Shown here: positions 1-7,844 of the stretch, in pieces | Numbering within the stretch: the first letter of the stretch is position 1 | Layout of the letters: each line of letters opens with the position of its first letter | NCBI GenBank assembly: GCA_017615795.1 | Contig: JAFZZK010000020.1 | Span: 93,155 to 157,154 of the forward strand | Direction: 5' to 3' | Source of the DNA: Bacteroidales bacterium | GTDB lineage: Bacteria > Bacteroidota > Bacteroidia > Bacteroidales > WCHB1-69 | Length of the DNA stretch: 64,000 bases | Notes under the pieces: generated by a model | What the model saw: the letters and a program-made list of their open reading frames with translations, nothing else | Told to the model about the DNA's origin: nothing | The model's database searches: none | Made by a program: the position numbers and the translations under genes

Positions 1-56
1 GCGAGAACAAAGAATGGTAAATGTTTTCTCATGCTTTTAAGGGTGAAATAATATGG

Positions 57-2117
57 TTATTGTTTAATGAATTTCGTGGTTATGGATTTATCGGATGTCA
101 TTGCTTTGACAAAGTACAGGCCTGATGTCCACTCAGACACTGGGATGTCGAACTGCACATCCCGCGCAGTGCTGCCCCACACCTTACGTCCCTGCAGGTC
201 GAAGACTTCCACGAGTCGCAACGGTGTGCTGCCCTGCACATGGAAGATGTCGGTGGCCGGATTCGGCCATGTGCGCACCACATCAGCACAAAGTTCCTCC
301 ATCCCGGCAAGGGACGCCGAATAGGACAAGTCAAAGCCTCCTGAACAAGGTTGATCGTCGCTCTCCAACACGAGATCCAGTCTTCCGAAGCCAAACATGA
401 AAATCGTATCGTTCAGCGTGCCTGTCAGCTCCGCCAACAGATTGTTTTGTGAGGCGGGGCGTTTGTATATGCGCAAGAAATCGCGCCCGGGCGTAAGTTC
501 CAATGAGTGAATTTCCAAGAAAACAGCATCGTAGCCAGTAGGCATAATGCGGTACATGCAACGAGTGAATGGCGCGTAGGCATGTTCGCCACTGCCATCG
601 GTGATGTCGCCTCTATCTGCGGTGTGAATGGAGACAGCGTTGCAATATCTCGGCACAGCGGTGGTGTAGTTGGCGCGAAAACCCAGCGAGTTGGAGACTC
701 CGGAGGTAACAAAGCGCACGTCAAGCTCGGTGCAGGGGAGCACCTCATGCCAATGACCCGTATCTGCGGTCAGCATATAAAAAGTGTTAACGCAGTTGGG
801 TGCAATCCAGAGGGTGTCGCCATCGGCGAGCGAGTAGTTGATATCAAGGGTTATGTTCTCCAACGTGTCCACATTCGGGACAATGCGCCACTCGTAGTTC
901 ATATTGGAGAGACAGTGCTCCGCGTCGCCGCTACCGTCCGTAAACGAGCCGGCCAACGCCGTGAGCGTCTTGCTGCCCGTGAGGGGCTGCGGGGTCGGAT
1001 AGGTGTATTGCGCCGTGTCAGGATAGGCGTTCACAATCAACTCCTGCGCCAAGTTGAAATGAGTGCCGGAGACATTGAGATGGTCGGTATAGAAATAGTT
1101 GTCGGCATAGCCGTCCCAGCCAAAATTGAAATGATAGTAGTAGGCGCTATCCACGATTTTGTAGCCATCGACGATAAAGCCGTGACCGTTGTTGGTTTCG
1201 GGATTGCTCCATCCTGCATAGTACATCGGGATACGACGCTCCAAATGGGAAACGATGACACTGTCCCAGTCCAAGTCTGTGGAGTCGCGGAAGAGGTACT
1301 CGGTTTGGGGGCTGAACTTGAAGAAGGTGCGCAGGACGCGGGCGGCACTGTGGTTGTACATACCGGAGCCGTCAGGCCCGTAGACCATATCGACACCCAC
1401 GCCGCAGTGGTGCATCAGCTTGCAGATATCCGGGTTGATGGCGGTGGGCTCGTCGCACATAGCTTCGTAATTGTATGTAGTGGCACCGTAGTCGGCGGAC
1501 TGCACGCCATAGTTTGCGTCCGTATAGGAATAGGAGCCGATGCCCGTTTCCGGAAAGCGGAAATAGTAAATAAGCTGCGCCATGGCCGTAGCCACGCAGC
1601 CCGTGACCACATGGTTGTTCTCGCCCGAATAATCGACAGGACAATAGTAGTTATAGAACTTGCCTTGTCCCCAATGGGAATGCACCAATGGCTCCACACC
1701 CTCGACGACCTCGCGCAGGGGCTGTTCCCCGCGCGACAACCGTGCCCAAGCCGCATGCTCGGGCTGCAGACCTACGGGCTGGGCCTTGAGTTCGGCTAAT
1801 TGCTGCCGATAGTGATCCAGCCACATCTTGGCGGGCGGAATCATCTCGGAAGCATCATACGGACGATGGTCGGAAAAGGCTAAGATGGGGGGCACGCGAC
1901 GGTCAGCGGCCACTATCACATAGCCATTGTCGGCATTGAAGATATAATAGAGCTGATTCGTGCCCGACATGGCGATGTGAGCACAACTGACCAGTGACTT
2001 TTCTTGCGTCCGGAAGAAACTTTCCGCAACCACGGCAGCCTCCTGTTGCGTGACATTCTGTGCGAAAAGTCCTCCAAAAAACAGGAACAGCAAGATGAAA
2101 AGGGTATAATTTCTCAT
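57..2117 (-). CDS. Secreted C10 (streptopain/SpeB-like) cysteine peptidase with propeptide and type-A T9SS C-terminal sorting domain
   Basis: ORF 57..2153. The signal peptide MRNYTLFILLFLFFGGLFAQ begins at Met13, so the start is trimmed to 2117. Propeptide-like YYIFNADNGYVIVAADRR is present. Catalytic Cys context VVTGCVATAMAQLIYYF and His context NGHGFIVDGY match C10 peptidases. The tail GLYFVKAMTSDKSITTKFIKQ resembles a Por-secretion CTD. Confidence 0.85.
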   Translation of the reverse strand: MRNYTLFILLFLFFGGLFAQNVTQQEAAVVAESFFRTQEKSLVSCAHIAMSGTNQLYYIFNADNGYVIVAADRRVPPILAFSDHRPYDASEMIPPAKMWLDHYRQQLAELKAQPVGLQPEHAAWARLSRGEQPLREVVEGVEPLVHSHWGQGKFYNYYCPVDYSGENNHVVTGCVATAMAQLIYYFRFPETGIGSYSYTDANYGVQSADYGATTYNYEAMCDEPTAINPDICKLMHHCGVGVDMVYGPDGSGMYNHSAARVLRTFFKFSPQTEYLFRDSTDLDWDSVIVSHLERRIPMYYAGWSNPETNNGHGFIVDGYKIVDSAYYYHFNFGWDGYADNYFYTDHLNVSGTHFNLAQELIVNAYPDTAQYTYPTPQPLTGSKTLTALAGSFTDGSGDAEHCLSNMNYEWRIVPNVDTLENITLDINYSLADGDTLWIAPNCVNTFYMLTADTGHWHEVLPCTELDVRFVTSGVSNSLGFRANYTTAVPRYCNAVSIHTADRGDITDGSGEHAYAPFTRCMYRIMPTGYDAVFLEIHSLELTPGRDFLRIYKRPASQNNLLAELTGTLNDTIFMFGFGRLDLVLESDDQPCSGGFDLSYSASLAGMEELCADVVRTWPNPATDIFHVQGSTPLRLVEVFDLQGRKVWGSTARDVQFDIPVSEWTSGLYFVKAMTSDKSITTKFIKQ

Positions 2118-2209
2118 AGTGACTATTCTTGAAAAAGGCTGCAAAGATAGCAAATATCCGACAGTTACAAAAAAAAACTTATCAACAGCATTCCATATTA
2201 AAAAAAGTG

Positions 2210-2217
2210 TATTTTTG
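2210..2217 (+). promoter_or_regulatory. Bacteroidetes -7 promoter box (TATTTTTG) for tRNA-Pro
   Basis: Exact match to the TAnnTTTG consensus, 16 nt upstream of the tRNA 5' end. Confidence 0.55.
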
Positions 2218-2232
2218 CGGCCTCGAAAGCAT

Positions 2233-2307
2233 CGGGGTGTGGCGCAGTTGGCTTAGCGCACTTGCATGGGGTGCAAGGGGTCGTCCGTTCGAGTCGGATC
2301 ACCCCGA
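2233..2307 (+). tRNA. tRNA-Pro (anticodon GGG)
   Basis: Hand-folded 75-nt cloverleaf. Acceptor CGGGGTG/CACCCCG, D stem GCGC/GCGC, anticodon stem CTTGC/GCAAG with loop AUGGGGU (U33, GGG, G37), T arm GTCCG-TTCGAGT-CGGAT, discriminator A. Confidence 0.9.
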
Positions 2308-2323
2308 CTGATGCGAGAGAAAA

Positions 2324-2349
2324 GACGCGAAAAATCGCGTCTTTTTTTT
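2324..2349 (+). terminator. Rho-independent terminator after tRNA-Pro
   Basis: Stem GACGCGA / TCGCGTC with loop AAAA, followed by a T8 run. Confidence 0.8.
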
Positions 2350-2432
2350 ATCCTTGATCAAAAAAAAAGTTCAAAGAACATCCTTTCAACAGGACATCCT
2401 TTGAACTTTCTATTATGAGTTCAAAACTTTCC

Positions 2433-3434
2433 TTAGTCGCCAAGCGTGGCCACCATCACAGCCTTAATGGTGTGCATGCGGTTTTCGGCCTCGTCAAAAA
2501 CGATGGAGTTCTCAGACTCGAAGACCTCTTCGGTCACTTCAATACCATCCAAGCCGAACTGCTTGTTGACATCGCGACCCACTTGGGTTTCGAGGTTGTG
2601 GTAAGCAGGCAAGCAGTGCATGAACTTGCACTTGGGGTTGCCCGTCAGCTTCATCGTTGCCTTGTTGACCTGGTAAGGCTTGAGCAATTTGATACGCTCT
2701 TCCCAGACCTCAACGGGTTCGCCCATGGAGACCCACACGTCGGTGTAGAGGAAGTCGCAGCCCTTGACGCCCTTCTTGACGTCATCGGTGACGGTGACAG
2801 TAGCGCCCGTCTCCTTGGCGATCTTCTTGCATTCAGCGATGAGTTCCTTGCTGGGTTGGAGGCTCTTCGGAGCGACGATACGCACATCCATGCCCATCTT
2901 GGCACCGCCAACCATCAGGGAGTTGCCCATGTTGTAGCGGGCATCGCCGAGATAAGCGTAGGTGACTTGGTTGAGGGGTTTGTCGACATGCTCGCTCATG
3001 GTCAAGAAGTCAGCAAGCACCTGGGTGGGGTGGAATTCGTTGGTGAGGCCGTTCCAGACGGGCACGCCGGCGAACTTGGCGAGTTCCTCGACGGTAGTCT
3101 GCTTGAAGCCACGATATTCAATGCCGTCGAACATGCGTCCGAGCACGCGAGCCGTGTCAGCCATGGACTCCTTGATGCCAATTTGGGAACCGGTAGGTCC
3201 CAGGTAGGTAACGTGCGCACCTTGGTCGTAAGCAGCCACTTCGAAAGCGCAACGAGTACGGGTGGAGGTCTTCTCGAAAATCAAGGCGATGTTCTTGCCC
3301 TTCAAGCGAGGTTGCTCCGTACCGGCATATTTGGCACGTTTGAGATCGCGAGCAAGGTCCAGCATATACTGAATTTCCTTCGGGGTGAAGTCTAACAACT
3401 TCAAAAAGTTTCTGTTTCTTAAATTAAAAGACAT
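2433..3434 (-). CDS. argF: Ornithine carbamoyltransferase (canonical OTC type)
   Basis: 333 aa. Contains the STRTR carbamoyl-phosphate motif ([13 protein letters not shown]), HPTQ, the DVWVSMGE (SMG loop) and HCLPA. Colinear over its length with E. coli ArgI/ArgF as I recall that sequence. Confidence 0.92.
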   Translation of the reverse strand: MSFNLRNRNFLKLLDFTPKEIQYMLDLARDLKRAKYAGTEQPRLKGKNIALIFEKTSTRTRCAFEVAAYDQGAHVTYLGPTGSQIGIKESMADTARVLGRMFDGIEYRGFKQTTVEELAKFAGVPVWNGLTNEFHPTQVLADFLTMSEHVDKPLNQVTYAYLGDARYNMGNSLMVGGAKMGMDVRIVAPKSLQPSKELIAECKKIAKETGATVTVTDDVKKGVKGCDFLYTDVWVSMGEPVEVWEERIKLLKPYQVNKATMKLTGNPKCKFMHCLPAYHNLETQVGRDVNKQFGLDGIEVTEEVFESENSIVFDEAENRMHTIKAVMVATLGD

Positions 3435-3523
3435 GTTTTTAGATTATTTTGGGTTAATAAATGAAAAATCAGAACAAATAAATCCTTTATTTCAGGCATC
3501 TTCAGCCCTTCGGAAAGGCGGTG

Positions 3524-3531
3524 CAAATATA
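3524..3531 (-). promoter_or_regulatory. -7 promoter box (TATATTTG on minus strand) for argF
   Basis: Plus-strand CAAATATA is the reverse complement of TAnnTTTG, about 90 nt upstream of the argF start. Confidence 0.5.
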
Positions 3532-3598
3532 CACAAAATTTCGCTATGCTCCATCACCCGTCCCAAAAGACTTTCCCTGCATCTTCCGAAGCATGATG

Positions 3599-4528
3599 CT
3601 ACAAAAAATCCATCACCACCATGGCGGCCATGGCCTCCACGACAGGCAAAACTCGCGGAGCCACACACAAATCGTTGCGGTCGGAACCGTAGCAAATAGC
3701 GGGGTTGCCCTCGAAGTCGATGGTAGGCTGGTCATAGTGTACCGACGGGATGGGCTTGAAAGCCACCCTGAAGACGACCTCCTGGCCGTTGGTGATGCCG
3801 GCCTGCACGCCGCCATCGTGGTTGGTGGCGAGCCCAAAGCCGGAGGTTGGCAAGTCATTGTATTGGGAGCCAGCCATCGCGGCGGCACGGAAGCCCTCGC
3901 CTATCTCGAAGCCTTTGGCTGCATTGATGGAGAGCATCGCGTATGCGAGGCGCGCGGAGAACTTGTCGTAGACTGGCTCGCCCAAGCCGGCGGGCAAGCC
4001 CAATATACGGCAACGCACAAGGGCACCCACGCTGTCACCCTCACGGCAGGGTGTACCAGTTGATACCGTCTCAGCCATGATGGCAATGCCTTTTGTTTTC
4101 AGAAAACATTTGGCCACGGCGCCCGCCACCACGCGGCAGGCGGTCTGACGCGCCGAAGCACGCCCGCATAATTCATTGTCCGTATAGCCATATTTCTTGT
4201 AATAAGAAAGGGAAGCATGCGAGGGACGTATCACGTGCCGGTTAGCCTCGTTGACGCGCACATCGCGGTTATGTATCCGGAAATGGATAGGATCACCCGT
4301 CGTACGCTGCTCGGCATCAAGACCGGAGAGAAACTCCACATAATCATCCTCCGCCCTGCGTGTGGACAGGGCGTGCGACGAGGGCGCGCGACGGGCCATC
4401 TCGGAAGCCACGAACGCTGCCGGCACACAGACACCGGCAGGGCAACCCTCTATCCTGCCCTCCAGACACGTCCCATGAGTGTCGCCCCAATCCGTCAACC
4501 TATAGCGTTTTCCAAATGTGTCATTCAT
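3599..4528 (-). CDS. aroC: Chorismate synthase-like protein, short and divergent
   Basis: 309 aa. N-terminus MNDTFGKRYRLTDWGDTHG aligns with the canonical NTFG..F..TTFGESHG. Other family blocks are RPSHAS, GRASARQTACRVVAGAV, SINAAKGFEIGEGF and GGVQAGITNGQEVVFRVAFKP. The C-terminal block reads RNDLCV instead of RHDPCV. The protein is about 50 aa shorter than typical AroC. Confidence 0.7.
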   Translation of the reverse strand: MNDTFGKRYRLTDWGDTHGTCLEGRIEGCPAGVCVPAAFVASEMARRAPSSHALSTRRAEDDYVEFLSGLDAEQRTTGDPIHFRIHNRDVRVNEANRHVIRPSHASLSYYKKYGYTDNELCGRASARQTACRVVAGAVAKCFLKTKGIAIMAETVSTGTPCREGDSVGALVRCRILGLPAGLGEPVYDKFSARLAYAMLSINAAKGFEIGEGFRAAAMAGSQYNDLPTSGFGLATNHDGGVQAGITNGQEVVFRVAFKPIPSVHYDQPTIDFEGNPAICYGSDRNDLCVAPRVLPVVEAMAAMVVMDFL

Positions 4529-4530
4529 AC

Positions 4531-4565
4531 GGGAAACAAAGGAGGCCGGAATCTCACCGGCCTCC
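4531..4565 (-). terminator. Hairpin terminator downstream of the T9SS surface-protein gene
   Basis: Stem GGAGGCCGG / CCGGCCTCC (4541..4549 and 4557..4565) with a 7-nt loop. On the minus strand it is followed by TTTGTTT. It also lies in the aroC leader. Confidence 0.5.
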
Positions 4566-4623
4566 CTATTTTGTCGTTAAACTAACTATTGCACCTTGAA
4601 TTTTGAGAATCCGTGACAACAGC

Positions 4624-6432
4624 TTATTTCTTCACGATCTTGGCAATGCCCACTTGCTTGCCTTCTCTGTACAGACGGGCGAAATAGACACCGTCGGTGA
4701 GGCCGGCCACAGAAATGCGGTTGTCGTTGATCTCTGTGGACATCACGCGCTTGCCGGTGACATCGTAAAGGGCAACACTCTCCACAAGCTCGCTGGTGCC
4801 GAAGGTGACATAGTCACGAGCGGGGTTCGGATAGACGGCAATGCCGTTGATTTCATATTCATTAAGGGCAACCGTCAGGAAGTCGCTGGTGCTGCGCGGC
4901 ACAATATAATATTGGAAAGGAGGATAGTTGTTGCCGATCTTGCTGGTGGCGAAATTCACGCCCATAATGCTCATGTTGCCAGCGGGAATTTCAGCGCCAA
5001 TGTAGTTGGCATCCTGGAAATAGGGGAAGACAGCAACGGCTGTAGTGCCGCTCTGGGTCAACTCGTAGGTGCTGAGCACTTGGAAGTTGCCGCCAGGGTT
5101 GGCAAAGCTCACATCTGTAAGTTTGATCAACTCGGCCTGGTGGTTGATCATGAAATCAGCGTCGAGCAGCTGAGGAAGAGTGATTTCCAACGGCGTCACA
5201 TCCTGGAAGATGTCGATGGCTTGACCACCTGCAGCCGTGGGCTTGAACTCCAAGAATCCATAGTAATTGGTAAGAGTGCCATAGAGATTCGCAATCTTGT
5301 CACCCACGTCGTAATTGCCCAAAGTGCCGCTCGGGTCATAAATGAGGATGGCACCGGTGGCATCCTGGATCACCTTTTGGTTGTTGTAGGCAGCGATGGC
5401 GGTCACAATCACTTCGCCTTCGAGCTTGTACTCCGTATTGTCATTAACGGGGGCAGAAAGATCGTGCTCAGCATAGGAAAGCTTGCTGCGCAGCTCGGCG
5501 ATATTGGCGCAGACAAACTCACTGGAAACACCGTAGGTAAATGCAATGGTGTCGGGAGCCATCACATTGCCTGCCAAGTCAGCTATATTGTTGACAATCA
5601 AAGTATAGGCGGTGCCTTCCGTCAAGGCACTGGTAGTCAGGGTGACCACATTTGTGTTGAGGGTGGCGGCAGAGACCGTCACGTTGTTATCCAGAGCATA
5701 GTTGGCGACTGTTTGGGCGGTGGTGGCATCCAACGGCTCGTTGAAAGTCACGGTCAAGGTTGTGGCATCATTGGGAACCACAGAGGAGACGGTCGGCGCC
5801 CAGACATCGGGACCGGCGGGATAGGCGGCGATCAGCACATTGTCGATACGGAAGGAACCGTTATTGGCCGTAGCTCCGTTGTATGTACACTTCAGATAGA
5901 CATTGGGTTGGTCATCCAAAGCGGAAAAACCCGTAAAATCCAACGTCTGCAGTTTGTACGTTCCGGTCGTGTCCGGGGTGGTGGAAAAATTCGGCAGTAC
6001 GGTGAAGTTGGTTCCGTCAGTACTGTAAGACCATTCCGTGCTGTTGAAGCCCGTAGCAGAACGGCGTGCCGCCATCGTCATCACCACGTTCTGGTATCCA
6101 GAGGTGGAGAAGTGAAACACAATGGACTTGCCGTTTGCACTTGAGTTGATAGTGGCCAGATCCTTGTCGGAGGAGACACCGTATTGTGCGTTGATGACGG
6201 TTCCGTTGTTGGAGGTCAATTCGTCGGAGGTCCAAGAAGAAGAGCCATGCGTGCCGTCGAGGTAGAGGCCGGCAATACCCGTCTGGTCACCGTAGGCAGC
6301 CAAGTAGGAGGTCGGAGTGTTGGGGGAGGCAGTGTTCCCGGTGAAGGGGAAGAAGGCCAAGTTGGTCATGGTTTGTGCGGAAAGCCCCAGGGCAACGCAC
6401 ATAACCAAGCATAAAGCAGTAAATTTTCTCAT
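4624..6432 (-). CDS. T9SS-secreted surface protein with Ig-like (SbsA/Big_5-type) domain
   Basis: 602 aa. Signal peptide MRKFTALCLVMCVALGLSAQ. Ig-like repeat APTVSSVVPNDATTLTVTFNEPLDATTAQTVANYAL...IADLAGN. C-terminal type-A T9SS CTD VYPNPARDYVTF...GVYFARLYREGKQVGIAKIVKK. Confidence 0.8.
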   Translation of the reverse strand: MRKFTALCLVMCVALGLSAQTMTNLAFFPFTGNTASPNTPTSYLAAYGDQTGIAGLYLDGTHGSSSWTSDELTSNNGTVINAQYGVSSDKDLATINSSANGKSIVFHFSTSGYQNVVMTMAARRSATGFNSTEWSYSTDGTNFTVLPNFSTTPDTTGTYKLQTLDFTGFSALDDQPNVYLKCTYNGATANNGSFRIDNVLIAAYPAGPDVWAPTVSSVVPNDATTLTVTFNEPLDATTAQTVANYALDNNVTVSAATLNTNVVTLTTSALTEGTAYTLIVNNIADLAGNVMAPDTIAFTYGVSSEFVCANIAELRSKLSYAEHDLSAPVNDNTEYKLEGEVIVTAIAAYNNQKVIQDATGAILIYDPSGTLGNYDVGDKIANLYGTLTNYYGFLEFKPTAAGGQAIDIFQDVTPLEITLPQLLDADFMINHQAELIKLTDVSFANPGGNFQVLSTYELTQSGTTAVAVFPYFQDANYIGAEIPAGNMSIMGVNFATSKIGNNYPPFQYYIVPRSTSDFLTVALNEYEINGIAVYPNPARDYVTFGTSELVESVALYDVTGKRVMSTEINDNRISVAGLTDGVYFARLYREGKQVGIAKIVKK

Positions 6433-6481
6433 AGCGTATAGGATATTAAATTTAAGAATTGATTGTTAAGAACTAAGGCGG

Positions 6482-6489
6482 CAAAATTA
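6482..6489 (-). promoter_or_regulatory. -7 promoter box (TAATTTTG on minus strand) for the 4624..6432 gene
   Basis: Plus-strand CAAAATTA, about 50 nt upstream of the start codon. Confidence 0.5.
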
Positions 6490-6574
6490 CAAAAAAATAT
6501 ATTCCATCGGAAAGTCATTTATCCACTAAGAAATCAACATTTTTATTGAAAATTGTTCTTCTTGTTTTTTTTTG

Positions 6575-6582
6575 TATTTTTG
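6575..6582 (+). promoter_or_regulatory. -7 promoter box (TATTTTTG) for tRNA-Ser
   Basis: Exact TAnnTTTG, 19 nt upstream of the tRNA 5' end. Confidence 0.55.
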
Positions 6583-6600
6583 CCGCCCCAAAAAGGGCAC

Positions 6601-6690
6601 GGAAAGTTGGCCGAGTGGCTTAAGGCAGCGGTTTCGAAAACCGCCGTAGTGTCACAGCTACCGGGGGTTCGAATCCCTCACTTTCCGCCA
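6601..6690 (+). tRNA. tRNA-Ser (anticodon CGA), class II with long variable arm, CCA encoded
   Basis: Acceptor GGAAAGT/ACTTTCC. Anticodon stem GCGGT/ACCGC with loop UUCGAAA. Variable arm stem GTAG/CTAC. T arm GGGGG-TTCGAAT-CCCTC. Ends in G-CCA. Confidence 0.9.
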
Positions 6691-6696
6691 AGCATA

Positions 6697-6729
6697 GAAC
6701 TCAATGGAAAACCGTTGGGTTCTTTTTTT
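6697..6729 (+). terminator. Rho-independent terminator after tRNA-Ser
   Basis: Imperfect stem GAACTCAATGG / CCGTTGGGTTC (9 of 11 pairs), loop AAAA, then a T7 run. Confidence 0.7.
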
Positions 6730-6888
6730 CGTTTGTAACTCTTGAGAAACCGATGAAACACGCAATAAACCATTGGTTATCAATACTAAACAAAAAAAAC
6801 AGGCAATGTGGAATAACACCTGTTCACAAGTGCCCGCCACATTCTCCCCCTACCGTGAATCTCTCAAATTTCGATGAATTTTGTTAAA

Positions 6889-6925
6889 AAAATGCGACCG
6901 TCTCTTTTTCAAAATGCGACCGTCT
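6889..6925 (+). repeat. Two perfect 15-nt direct repeats AAAATGCGACCGTCT (22-bp period), candidate integrase arm-type sites
   Basis: Copies at 6889..6903 and 6911..6925, between tRNA-Ser and the integrase fragment. Confidence 0.6.
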
Positions 6926-6963
6926 TTTGTCTTTCTAAATTATTCATTATTAAACACTTTGAT

Positions 6964-7248
6964 ATGAAAGTAAAATTCATCTGTAGAGAGTCAAAGAAAA
7001 CCAAGGACGGTCTCGTATCAATTGAGGTCAGCGTCACCAATATGGGCGTGAGAAAAATCATTTCAACGGGACGAAAAATCAAACCGAATCAATTCTCACC
7101 GAAGACTGAAACGGTCAAAGGGAATGAAGAACTAAACGAATACATATCCGCAATTCGTTCACGACTATATTCAATTGAGACCTATCTAATAAAGAATGGT
7201 ATTAACGCCACTCCCGATGCCGTCATCTATACTTTCCATAACGGAGAG
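6964..7248 (+). pseudogene. Tyrosine integrase N-terminal (arm-binding/SAM-like) fragment, 3'-truncated
   Basis: MKVKFICRESKKTKDGLVSIEVSVTNMGVRKIISTGRKIKPNQFS...NEELNEYISAIRSRLYSIETYLIKNG resembles the N-termini of Bacteroides tRNA-associated integrases. After about 95 aa the ORF runs into the antisense of the next gene. No catalytic domain is present. Confidence 0.6.
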
Positions 7249-7307
7249 ATAGAGTTACATGGCGTAGTAATATTGCCTCTACAATGCTTTCAACTCCACA
7301 AAACGAC

Positions 7308-7844
7308 TTACCAGTTGACAAACGCCTTGTTGAAGATGTCGTCTGTAAGGGCGTCACTGATTTCAGACACCAGTCCGGATTCGACGGCGCTGAGGTTCTG
7401 TGTGCTGGAGTAGTCGGCGTAGCGCGAGAAGGTCTGGTCGAAATTCTGCGTGTCGTCGAAGCTGTTGGTGAAACGCACACGCACCGTAATGGTGAGCCGG
7501 TTCATGGCGGCGGTCTCGTTGCCCTGGATGGCCACGGGCGAGATGTTGTAGCCAATGATTTCGCCCTCCAGCTCGTAGTCGCCGTTGGTGCTGACAATGG
7601 TCAGCGGGGTCTGCCCCTGGATTTTGTCCTTGAGGGCGGTAGTGAAGGACTGGCTGAGCGTGGGGTTCACCAAGGAGGCGTTGTTCTGGAAGGTCGTAAT
7701 GGCCACGGTCTTGGCGCGCGGATCCACTGTGCCGCCTGTCAACGAAATGGACATGCGGCAACCTGCCAGCAGCACCACCAGCAACAGCACTCCCCCTATC
7801 CGGCCAAGGAGTTTCGCCCTCTTTTTTACGCTTTTACAATCCAT
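7308..7844 (-). CDS. LptE-family-like outer-membrane lipoprotein
   Basis: 178 aa with lipobox LLAGC. Its size and position directly after a sigma-54 activator match the conserved Bacteroidota arrangement as I recall it. No motif-level proof. Confidence 0.55.
   Translation of the reverse strand: MDCKSVKKRAKLLGRIGGVLLLVVLLAGCRMSISLTGGTVDPRAKTVAITTFQNNASLVNPTLSQSFTTALKDKIQGQTPLTIVSTNGDYELEGEIIGYNISPVAIQGNETAAMNRLTITVRVRFTNSFDDTQNFDQTFSRYADYSSTQNLSAVESGLVSEISDALTDDIFNKAFVNW

Noticed and set aside
1-32. Possible minus-strand gene start (ATGAGAAAACATTTACCATTCTTTGTTCTCGC read on the reverse strand, MRKHLPFFVL...) running off the left edge
   Set aside because: Only about 10 codons are visible. It looks like a signal-peptide start, but there is too little sequence to support a feature.
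507-1799. 430-aa + strand ORF inside the C10 peptidase gene
   Set aside because: It lies entirely antisense to a well-supported gene. Its composition is dominated by V/G/A/H/R/D as expected from reverse-frame reading of GC-rich coding sequence, and it has no promoter box or recognisable motif.
2415-3395. 326-aa + strand ORF overlapping argF
   Set aside because: Antisense shadow of a highly conserved enzyme gene. The sequence is low-information and rich in L/V/G/H/D.
4603-6144. 513-aa + strand ORF overlapping the T9SS Ig-domain protein gene
   Set aside because: Antisense shadow. The opposite-strand product has a signal peptide, an Ig domain and a T9SS CTD, whereas this one has none.
6874-6963. 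N-terminal 30 codons of the 179-aa ORF upstream of the integrase-like MKVKF start
   Set aside because: This stretch translates the two direct repeats (KMRPSL / NATVF). Integrase similarity begins at the internal Met (6964).
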